DNA of 64,000 nucleotides from an uncultured delta proteobacterium (GTDB lineage Bacteria; Desulfobacterota; Desulfomonilia; UBA1062), in contig CAWCTR010000014.1 of assembly GCA_963798485.1 (NCBI GenBank), positions 384,001-448,000 on the forward strand. The letters are read 5' to 3'. Below the pieces are notes generated by a model, which saw only the letters and a program-made list of their open reading frames with translations, searched no databases and was not told the origin of the DNA. Each line of letters begins with the position of its first letter. Position 1 is the stretch's first letter. Below, piece by piece: positions 50,171 to 58,542 of the stretch. The translations under genes were made by a program, and so were the position numbers.

Positions 50171-51742
50171 ATGCCCACACCTGAGATGACATCAGCCCAT
50201 TTCCTGGAAATCTTGAAGCGGAGGAAATGGGCCTTTATTCTTCCTGCACTGCTCACGATCCTCACTGTTGCGGTAATCGCAATAGCACTGCCTCCAATCT
50301 ATCAATCGACCTCCACGATCCTCATCGAGCAGCAGGATATACCGACTGATTTCATAAGAGCAACGGTGACGACATATGCCGAACAGCAGCTTCAGATCAT
50401 CAATGAAAAGGTAATGACCACCACGAAGCTTCTTGAGATCATCAACCGCTTCAACCTTTATAAAGATCTCCGCGACACAAAGACCACCGATGAGATAGTT
50501 GACAAAATGCGCAAGGATATCACCCTGAAACCTATAAGCGTAGACGTGGTTGACCCCAAGACCGGCAGGCCGACAACTGCTACGATAGCCTTCACGCTTT
50601 CCTATGAGGGGAAAAACAATCCCGTCCAGGTCCAGCAGATCGCAAATATACTGACATCGCTGTATCTTGATGAGAATCTGAGGACCAGGGAGCAGCAGGC
50701 GAGCGATATCTCCACTTTCCTGGCCAATGAGATGCAAAGGGTTAAAAATGATCTAACTCATATCGATGCCCGTCTCACCGATTTCAAGGCGCGCCATGTG
50801 AATGTGCTCCCGGAATTGATTCAGGTGAACATGCAGAGTCTGAATGGAATCGAGCACGACAAGGATATCATGAACGACCGTCTTACCAACCTGAAAGAGC
50901 AGGAAGCAGCTCTCAAGTCAAGGCTGGCCGTTGTCTCTCCCAACCTCAGGGAAATGGACCGGCAACGGCTGGAGGAGCTGAAAGTTCAGCTCATCTCTCT
51001 GAGAAACCGTTTCTCGGAGAATTACCCTGATGTGATCAACACCAAGGCCGAGATCGAAAATCTGGAAAAAAGCATCAATGCAAAGCCGGATAGCGGAAGC
51101 TCTGTCCATGAAAGGAAGGACAACCCCGAGTATGTCAGCCTTGATTCGCAACTCTCGGGGATTCAGGGCGAGATCGGAATGCTTCTGTCACAAATCGTTG
51201 AGCTCGATAAACAGTCGAAGGATTACCATGCAAGGATCGGAGAGACACCTAAGGTGGAATCAGAGTATACCTCGCTCATTTCAGAGAAAACCAATACCCA
51301 GGCAAAATATGACGACCTTATGAGAAAGCTTATGGAGGCAAAGTCTTCCCAGAGCCTCGAAAAGGGACAGAAGGGCGAGCGCTTTACCCTGATCGAACCG
51401 GCCCTGCTCCCGGAAAAACCCGTCAAGCCGAACAGGTATATGATCATTTTCATTGGTCTGGTGGCAGGGATCAGCATCGGCGGCACTACGGCGGCTGTTC
51501 AGGAAGCGATGGACAGCTCCATCAAGAATGCTGATGATCTCTCCTTCTTTGGCGTGAATGTCGTGCGGGGTTCTATCCCGGTGATCATGAACGAATCTGA
51601 TACCTTGCGCGCCAGGAGAAAATGGAGGGCAATGATTGCGGGAGTACTGGCCGCAATCATGATGGCAGTCATAGGATTCCATCTTTTTGTCATGCCTCTC
51701 GGTCTTTTCTGGACCCTGTTAAAAATCAGGATCGGAATTTAA
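50171..51742 (+). CDS. Polysaccharide chain-length determinant (GumC/Wzc N-terminal)
   Basis: ILKRRKW, YQSTSTILIEQQ, coiled coil, YPDV, FTLIEPALLPEKPVKPNR, C-terminal TMs. Confidence 0.88.
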   Translation: MPTPEMTSAHFLEILKRRKWAFILPALLTILTVAVIAIALPPIYQSTSTILIEQQDIPTDFIRATVTTYAEQQLQIINEKVMTTTKLLEIINRFNLYKDLRDTKTTDEIVDKMRKDITLKPISVDVVDPKTGRPTTATIAFTLSYEGKNNPVQVQQIANILTSLYLDENLRTREQQASDISTFLANEMQRVKNDLTHIDARLTDFKARHVNVLPELIQVNMQSLNGIEHDKDIMNDRLTNLKEQEAALKSRLAVVSPNLREMDRQRLEELKVQLISLRNRFSENYPDVINTKAEIENLEKSINAKPDSGSSVHERKDNPEYVSLDSQLSGIQGEIGMLLSQIVELDKQSKDYHARIGETPKVESEYTSLISEKTNTQAKYDDLMRKLMEAKSSQSLEKGQKGERFTLIEPALLPEKPVKPNRYMIIFIGLVAGISIGGTTAAVQEAMDSSIKNADDLSFFGVNVVRGSIPVIMNESDTLRARRKWRAMIAGVLAAIMMAVIGFHLFVMPLGLFWTLLKIRIGI

Positions 51743-51765
51743 TTGCGAAAGAAAGGAGTTGCACC

Positions 51766-52584
51766 ATGAAAGATACCGATTTGCCAAGAATTCCTGAAGA
51801 CACAGGATCTGTGCCCTCTTCTCTATCCCGGAGAACCTCATTCGGATCGAAATCACCTGTTTACTCCGAATCCAAAGCACGAAATCTGGATACTGAACAT
51901 CTGAAACAAATGAGATGCATCGGCATGTTCCCTGAGATCCCTCTTACAAATTATTACAAGATCCTGAAGACTCAGATCCATCAACTCCTCAAACAGCGAG
52001 GATGGAATACTGTCATGATTACCAGTGCACACCATGGGGAAGGCAAAACCATTACATCAATCAATCTTTCTTTTACCTTTGCCCAGGATCATACCCATAC
52101 CGTCATGCTCATGGATTGCGATCTGAAGCAGCAGCAAGTGCATAAGTACCTCGGCATTGCCCATGAGCACGGCATCGCCGACTATCTTATAGACAATTAC
52201 CCTCTCAAGGACCTGATCATCTGGCCGGGAGTGGACAAATTCACGTTCATTTCAGGCGGAGAACAAATAATTGACAGCACTGAGCTTCTGAACTCACCAA
52301 GGATGGCTTCACTCGTTCAGGAGATCAAGACACGATACGACGACCGTTTCATTATATTCGACACCCCTCCCCTCCTTGAGGGCGCGGATGCCATGGCATT
52401 TCTTCCCATGGTCGAAGGAGTACTTATTGTATTAGAAGCCGGGAAGACCCCGAGAAAGAGTATAGAAAGATCCCTTGATCTGATCCCGAAAGAAAAATTC
52501 CTGGGTTTTGTCCTGAACAGATACCAAGCAAAACCGGTACGTAAGGATTCTTCTCATTACAAACTCGCAGGCAAATCAACATAA
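51766..52584 (+). CDS. CpsD/CapB family tyrosine-protein kinase
   Basis: ITSAHHGEGKT Walker A, MDCDLK, IIFDTPPLL, GFVLNR; RBS AAGGAG before ATG 51766. Confidence 0.85.
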   Translation: MKDTDLPRIPEDTGSVPSSLSRRTSFGSKSPVYSESKARNLDTEHLKQMRCIGMFPEIPLTNYYKILKTQIHQLLKQRGWNTVMITSAHHGEGKTITSINLSFTFAQDHTHTVMLMDCDLKQQQVHKYLGIAHEHGIADYLIDNYPLKDLIIWPGVDKFTFISGGEQIIDSTELLNSPRMASLVQEIKTRYDDRFIIFDTPPLLEGADAMAFLPMVEGVLIVLEAGKTPRKSIERSLDLIPKEKFLGFVLNRYQAKPVRKDSSHYKLAGKST

Positions 52585-53073
52585 GAAAATGATGCTGATC
52601 CATACCTCCTCTATTATTCTTCCATCCCTTCGGCTTTTCTTACCCTCTCTTTGTTCCTGAAACACTCTCCTTAATCAGCATGTTCAAGAAAAATCCATTC
52701 TTGTTTCAACACAGATTTATTCGTACAAGGTTGTTCCCATGTCGGAGAGCTTAAATGCTTGTCCAAGCCAATCGAAATCTATCGGTAGATACCCATTACC
52801 CGCAACGTTTGATACCTCAGAAAGCAAAAGCTGTATAAATGGATTGGACGAACGGGCTCTTTAATTGGGGATAAAATCCCAAGATAAAAATACACCTATA
52901 TCCAGGATCTCACCATGCTTATGGGCATGAAGAGATAAACAATTCCTTCAGGAGATTATTATGTAACCTTTCAATATCAATATTTTTATTGCAACCTCTA
53001 CCCTGAAACCGGAGTTTGTTCGAAACCCGAAGCAGGAGAGCAGGTGAGTAATGTAATTCATTTACTGGAATTA

Positions 53074-53107
53074 TACACATATATGGAATGTAACCTCTAT
53101 ATGTGTA
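53074..53107. repeat. 10-bp perfect inverted repeat upstream of the transposase-derived gene
   Basis: TACACATATA, 14-nt spacer, TATATGTGTA. Confidence 0.55.
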
Positions 53108-53165
53108 CCCATGCAATATAGTTTTATCTTATTGTTTTTGTATTTTATTTATCAATATATCAGCC

Positions 53166-54206
53166 ATGTATATCGACATCATCCCTAACCGGAATTCAAG
53201 GTCGACCATTCTTCTGCGAGAAGCATGGCGGGAGGGAAAGAAGATAAGGAAACGTACTATCGCGAATCTGACCGGCTGGCCCGATGATAAGATCTCAGCC
53301 CTCAAGCACATACTGAAAGGTGAGCCGCTCATTCATCCTTCCGAGGCCTTTGTTATCGAGCAGTCCCTATCCTGCGGTCATGTCCATGCCATTCTGAAAC
53401 TCATTGAAAAAATCCGACTCATAGAGATCCTGGGGCATGGATCAATACTGCAGAAGAACATCATCATTACCATGGTAATCCATACCCTGTTTTTACAGCA
53501 GGCACCCAATCTTGCGGATTGCCTGTGGCGTGGCACAACCATTCTGGATGACCTGGGTCTTCGCAACATCACCATCGAAAATGTAACAGGCACTCTCGAG
53601 TGGCTCGCGGAAAAAAGGGAACAGATCGAGGGTAATGTCGAACGAATATTAAGCTCTGTTGCAGAAGTAGCCTATGACAGCGGTATGCGTAATACCGCCC
53701 GGGCTCTTCTCCAGCTGTTGGCCGAGCATGTGAACAGGAACCTGCACAATGCCCTTTCGCCACTGCTTTCTCAGAATGCCCTCCACGAAGACCCATGCGC
53801 ACGTCACGTCCAGAGTGAATGTCCCTTAAGCCTGTATACCAATGAAAACCTCCATGAAACCGGCATGCAAAAAGAGAAGCGTCCTGCCCTCAGCCTTTTC
53901 GATATCGTTGACCATCTCAGTGCCCAGTGCAATATCAGGTTGAGGATAACCTCGATCCCAGGCGGCTTGACCGTCAACCTTCGCACTTCTGAATCCCCTC
54001 TCCATAAGCATGTATCCGAGCTCATCGAGGCCTATGAGGGAAAAGGCCCGGTCATAGAAACCGCATCCTGGCGCCACCCACACCAGGAGGGGAATAATCG
54101 GGCTCAGTCAGGATGGATGCACACCCCCGACGTACAGGATCTTGCCCTGAATAAAAACATGGACAGGTCTCTTTTACGAGACCGAGACATGAATAAACCT
54201 TTTTAA
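53166..54206 (+). mobile_element. IS1634-family transposase derivative (intact ORF, apparently lacking DDE core)
   Basis: N-terminus MYIDIIPNRNSRSTILLREAWREGKKIRKRTIANLTGWP...IEQSLSCGHVHA is typical of IS1634 Tnp. Diverged C-terminal motifs LHNALSPLL, SLFDIVDHLS, SPLHKHVSELI. Only 346 aa. Confidence 0.68.
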
Positions 54207-54220
54207 AAAGGAGGAATATC

Positions 54221-54748
54221 ATGAAGAAAATCGGAATCTTTATAGTAACTGTATTGGTGAGTCTCGGTATAACAGGCACCTCAATGGCTTTTACTTTATA
54301 CAGTTCCCCCCTTACGGCAAACATGTGGATGTCCTATGCAGGCGGTTCCAGCAGCAACACATTCACGCTCAAGCTTGATGGGTACAAACCTTCGAGCATG
54401 TCCGGGTGTTCATCAGCCCAATTGGTTCTCTCCTTTGCCGGCGATGGCAATCCCTTTGACTCCTATATGTTCGCCGGTATTATGCAGGGCAGCAAGAAAA
54501 CCATCTTTGAGGTAAAAGACGGATCGGCCATGATCATCCCTATCTCGGATGACGGCCTGGTCAGCTTGAATACTACAGGACAGCTGACCTTCACCCTTAC
54601 CCGCTACTGCGGTGATTTCACGTTCAAGACAGCCAAGCTTATAGGAGACTCCCCAACACCAGCAGTTCCCATTCCCGCGGCGCTCTGGCTGTTCGGGCCG
54701 ACACTCATAGGGTTCCAGTTCATGAGAAGACAGTTTGTCCAAATATAA
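54221..54748 (+). CDS. VPLPA-CTERM sorting-domain protein
   Basis: Signal peptide; C-terminal VPIPAALWLFGPTLIGFQFMRR (motif, TM, basic tail); RBS GAGGA. Confidence 0.82.
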   Translation: MKKIGIFIVTVLVSLGITGTSMAFTLYSSPLTANMWMSYAGGSSSNTFTLKLDGYKPSSMSGCSSAQLVLSFAGDGNPFDSYMFAGIMQGSKKTIFEVKDGSAMIIPISDDGLVSLNTTGQLTFTLTRYCGDFTFKTAKLIGDSPTPAVPIPAALWLFGPTLIGFQFMRRQFVQI

Positions 54749-54765
54749 AATATACCGAGCCAATA

Positions 54766-54868
54766 GCAAAAGTCCGAGATTGTCATTCCGCGAAAGCGGG
54801 AACCACTCTTTTTAAATACTGCAGGATCCCCCGTTTTCGCGGGAGGTGACATCTTTTCTTAGTTTTGC
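54766..54868. repeat. CGTC/GTCATTCCC-type REP-like palindromic element
   Basis: TGTCATTCCGCGAAAGCGGGAACCA ... GGATCCCCCGTTTTCGCGGGAGGTGACA, flanked by GCAAAA/TTTTGC. Confidence 0.7.
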
Positions 54869-55065
54869 AATTAACCGAATCTTTTTTGATTCTTAATCAG
54901 GAATTCACACTGTTCGCGTATAAGAGCCTTGAAGAAAGAACCTTTATTCCATACGAAGAGATACATATCTAACTCCCCTCACTCGGGCACGAGTAAGTTT
55001 AGCTCGTGCCTTTTTCTTTTCAGAATTCAATAGAGAGGAAACGATGAAATTTTCACGACACCTCT

Positions 55066-56532
55066 TTAGCCTGCTGCACGAAGGATTATTTGGTCTCTCT
55101 TTCGGTCCTCTTCTCCCAGACCGGCATAGAACCACTTGGGGAAGTTAAAAAAAGAGGTAATGGAGCGTGGGAGCAAAAGGACAGCTTGAAGGAATGACTC
55201 AAGATCAGGCACGTTATAGATATTCACATCAAGGCCCCAGTTCTGGAGCTGGATGATCAGGCGCCTGCTTTCGCTTGTTTTCCAGTTCACTGAGAACCGG
55301 TTAATGCCCCACCTGGTGTACATGGCGAGATATCTCCTGGCCTCTGATGGGGAGGATATGATCAGGTATCCCAAGGCGTCCACAGGGCACTGCTTTATTG
55401 CACCGGGGAATCTATCCACGATCGTCTTGAGCCCGCCGATGTTCAGTTCGTTTACGGTCCTGTTTATCCATACCCGATCATCGGTAAAGCCGATTTCGGC
55501 CAGCATCCCGGTCACCCGTTCCAATAAACCCTCTTCCTTGATGTCCAGTTTCACACCCCTGCCTGCGTCCTTGAGAACGGACAGGAAATACTCCAGTTTA
55601 ATTGTAGTCTCGTTGGGAGTCTTCAGTACCTCAGAGAAACTCTTCCTGCGGACGATTAAGGATTTATCACCGGGGTCAATGCGGACGTGCATCTCAGCCC
55701 AGTGGACATTCGACACAAGGAACTGGCGGAGTATGGATTCATCGTCAACACCATGCCACACGAACTCGATGTGTTTGGGCAGCCCTTTTTCACCGATGAA
55801 CTCGGTAATGTCATAATGGCTGCCGGCTACTGCACCAATAGGGATATGGGCAGGTGCGGATTCAAGAATAGTATCCGCATGCAGTAAAAAAATATCGCGG
55901 GTAAGCTCTGTCTCCGCAATGGTCTTTAAGATTTCCGGCTCATTGTCGACCACGGCAACGATGCGGTACCCCATGCCCATAAAGGCCTTCAACCCATCTA
56001 TCTTGGAACCGGTAACACTGGACCCTGAATTCATATGAAGCAGGTGGGGTGGAAATCCAACACGGTATTCGGCAGCAAGGGTGTTGAGGACTCGCAGTGT
56101 CTCGTCCCTCATGTGCTCGGATCTCCCGGTGTTGAGGCCCACATAGGTATTGGGCTGCAACTGGAACCACCTTATGACATCCAAAACTCCATCAAACGGG
56201 TGGTGCGACTTGAGAATGGCATCTTCAGACCGGAAGTTGAGTATATACCATTCAATGATCTTCGACTTCTCAGGATCTGTTATGCCAAGATCGTTCAGGA
56301 GTGTTTCTATCTCATTTTCGTGGATGTGGATATCATCGGCCCCGAGATACCTGAAATGACGCGTACCATGCTCACGGTCATAGGTGTGGAGGGTCGATAT
56401 GATCATGTATCGTGTGTCTAGTATGGTACCATCGATGTCAAAGACTATCAGGAGTCTGTCTTGCGGGCATGCCTTACGTATCGATTCGTAGTGGAATGCA
56501 AGATCTCGCATCCAGCTTGTTGTGTTTTTCAT
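55066..56532 (-). CDS. HAD-like hydrolase fused to PLC-like/DUF2181 (FAM151-like) domain
   Basis: VFDIDGTILD, LNTGR, VVDNEPE (HAD motifs); C-half FVWHGVD, HWAEMHVR, GVKLDIKE, VNIYNV. Confidence 0.65.
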   Translation of the reverse strand: MKNTTSWMRDLAFHYESIRKACPQDRLLIVFDIDGTILDTRYMIISTLHTYDREHGTRHFRYLGADDIHIHENEIETLLNDLGITDPEKSKIIEWYILNFRSEDAILKSHHPFDGVLDVIRWFQLQPNTYVGLNTGRSEHMRDETLRVLNTLAAEYRVGFPPHLLHMNSGSSVTGSKIDGLKAFMGMGYRIVAVVDNEPEILKTIAETELTRDIFLLHADTILESAPAHIPIGAVAGSHYDITEFIGEKGLPKHIEFVWHGVDDESILRQFLVSNVHWAEMHVRIDPGDKSLIVRRKSFSEVLKTPNETTIKLEYFLSVLKDAGRGVKLDIKEEGLLERVTGMLAEIGFTDDRVWINRTVNELNIGGLKTIVDRFPGAIKQCPVDALGYLIISSPSEARRYLAMYTRWGINRFSVNWKTSESRRLIIQLQNWGLDVNIYNVPDLESFLQAVLLLPRSITSFFNFPKWFYAGLGEEDRKRDQIILRAAG

Positions 56533-56747
56533 TGTAATAATAGCTCCTTTAATGCCCTCTTTTATAACGGGCTGTGGTTTAATATTGCGGACTCACTTTG
56601 GGTGCTCTCAATGGTTTCTGTCTCCTGCTTCCTGCAATAAGCTGGAATATTCTCATGCATACTGAATTATAACCATAAATATTTCTGGTTCGGTAAATCA
56701 GCAGGATCTTGGAGAAGTAAATCGAGGCCGTTTCAAAATAACGTGAG

Positions 56748-56954
56748 CTATTTACTTGCTCTTTCATATGTATGCTCCATATCTAAATACCCTCTATCTA
56801 TGCTTGCATTATTAACTAAGTATGAACATTGGATAAATTTTTGGTTAACTTCATCGTGTGCCTTGAAGGCATTCATTTCTGTTGCATGAACCGTGAACCA
56901 GGTAATGGATAGAGAGAGAATGAAGAAAAACGTGCTGATAATTAATCGTTTCAT
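56748..56954 (-). CDS. Small exported hypothetical protein
   Basis: RBS AAGGAG; signal peptide MKRLIISTFFFILSLSITWFTVHA. Confidence 0.5.
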   Translation of the reverse strand: MKRLIISTFFFILSLSITWFTVHATEMNAFKAHDEVNQKFIQCSYLVNNASIDRGYLDMEHTYERASK

Positions 56955-57010
56955 GATATCTCCTTACTTTTTACAAACAAGCACAACACGAAACATCCCA
57001 GGGGGAGATC

Positions 57011-57202
57011 TTATTTAAATCTCTCTAAATAATTATCTATGGTCATCGAGGTCGCTGACTGAGAACTGATACAATTGTCCGATGCGGAATATCCATTGTT
57101 TGTGTGTGATATCGCTCCATGCGGCATAAAGCGATTGCTATCGAAGCCCTCGGTCTTAACCTTATCTCTTATGTCTTTGTGAGAATCTATCCCTTTGTTC
57201 AT
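57011..57202 (-). CDS. Small hypothetical protein
   Basis: Strong RBS GGAGGT before ATG 57202; no recognisable family. Confidence 0.4.
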   Translation of the reverse strand: MNKGIDSHKDIRDKVKTEGFDSNRFMPHGAISHTNNGYSASDNCISSQSATSMTIDNYLERFK

Positions 57203-57231
57203 AATGGCACCTCCATTCATGTATTTTCCTT

Positions 57232-57253
57232 TAATTCATTATCTAATGAATTA
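57232..57253. promoter_or_regulatory. Perfect palindrome, possible operator
   Basis: TAATTCATT-ATCT-AATGAATTA upstream of the 57202 ORF. Confidence 0.45.
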
Positions 57254-57364
57254 GTGTGAATTTATTATGTGTTCCTGATTAAAATTAGATGAATTTTTTA
57301 GAGGTGCACCTTCAAATCGACGATATACGAGTCTCCGGACCTTTGATGCTGACAATTGGATCTA

Positions 57365-58054
57365 TCAGTTCTGCTTTTCAAATTTTAGCTTGTCTACCTT
57401 GTCGGTATACTCCTGCACGAATTCTTCAAGCTCCACTTTTTTAACCTGCGTGAGAGGCTCCTTTGCCGCCAGGGCGCTCACCACACCTTTATTCTTGTAT
57501 TTGATAAGCAACTCCTTGGATATCGCAGTTAGCTCAGTGTTCGCTTTCACACACCGCTCAAACTCATTCTGGTTCCGAGTAAGCTTCTTCTCCAGGTCTT
57601 TTTTAGCATCGCTCAGCCGTGCCTGCTCCTTCTGCGAATCCGAGGCTAATTGTGCATGTGTTTTCTTCAGGTCATCGAGATCTTTCTTCAGCTTGTCCCG
57701 CTCCAAAGTGAGCTCATTAAGTGCGCTTGTCTGCTTTTCCTTATAGGCATTGAATTCGGATTTCAGCACCCCTTCCTCTTTCACCGCCTTGTCCAGGTCG
57801 GACTGGGAAGAACGCTGCTTGCCTTCGACAGAGGACTTCATGCGCAGATATTCCTCGGACTGGTGTTTCTGGTCGGCATATTTCTTGTGGAGCTGCTCTT
57901 CTTTCATGGTGAGAGTTGCAATCATGTCCTTCTGCTCATTGTTTACTTTGACGAGGTAGAGGCAACCCCACGCAAGGGTAATAAGTACAATTACGCCGAT
58001 GATCTGCACCACCAAGACCATGTTCATTTTCTTCTGAGCCATATAGTCCTTCAT
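57365..58054 (-). CDS. Membrane-anchored coiled-coil protein of the DUF3739/DUF2341 cluster
   Basis: N-terminal TM, long heptad coiled coil, C-terminal CVKANTELTAISKELLIKYKNKG...KEPLTQVKKVELEEFVQEY. Confidence 0.72.
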   Translation of the reverse strand: MKDYMAQKKMNMVLVVQIIGVIVLITLAWGCLYLVKVNNEQKDMIATLTMKEEQLHKKYADQKHQSEEYLRMKSSVEGKQRSSQSDLDKAVKEEGVLKSEFNAYKEKQTSALNELTLERDKLKKDLDDLKKTHAQLASDSQKEQARLSDAKKDLEKKLTRNQNEFERCVKANTELTAISKELLIKYKNKGVVSALAAKEPLTQVKKVELEEFVQEYTDKVDKLKFEKQN

Positions 58055-58128
58055 TCCTCCGATACTGATTCGTTCTCTAAGTACGTTTTCTTCAGCAAAT
58101 TGCTCTCCTGAACGGACATCCGTCCTTC

Positions 58129-58521
58129 TTAAGGTTTTTTGTATTGCTGGATGATCTCCCAGGTGCCCAGGACATTTTCCATTGCTGCCTTTGTCGATTC
58201 CGCATTATTGTGCGATGCAGCCTGATTGAGCTCTTCGGCCTGTACAGCGAGCCTGTTCACCATGCGTCTGAAGTACGAGTCAAGGGCCTTGCGCGAAAGG
58301 ATGCCGCTTAAGTTCACCATCTCTCGGGCGTTCATGGCGAGGATCCTGTAGGTATAACGCTCTTCGTTCTGGTATTTCAGCGTATCAATATAGCTGCTCA
58401 TTTCCTTGATCCCGCCCTGCAATTCCTTGTTCGAATAGGCGCCATCCAGGTCTTTCATGACAGCGCAGGAAATGCAGAGGAAAGAGATCATGACCGGCAA
58501 AAAGATGAAAAGCTTTTTCAT
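58129..58521 (-). CDS. Helical lipoprotein, hypothetical
   Basis: RBS GGAG; lipobox-like LCISC; predicted all-helical. Confidence 0.62.
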   Translation of the reverse strand: MKKLFIFLPVMISFLCISCAVMKDLDGAYSNKELQGGIKEMSSYIDTLKYQNEERYTYRILAMNAREMVNLSGILSRKALDSYFRRMVNRLAVQAEELNQAASHNNAESTKAAMENVLGTWEIIQQYKKP

Positions 58522-58542
58522 AGTATTCTCCAAGCCTCAAGG

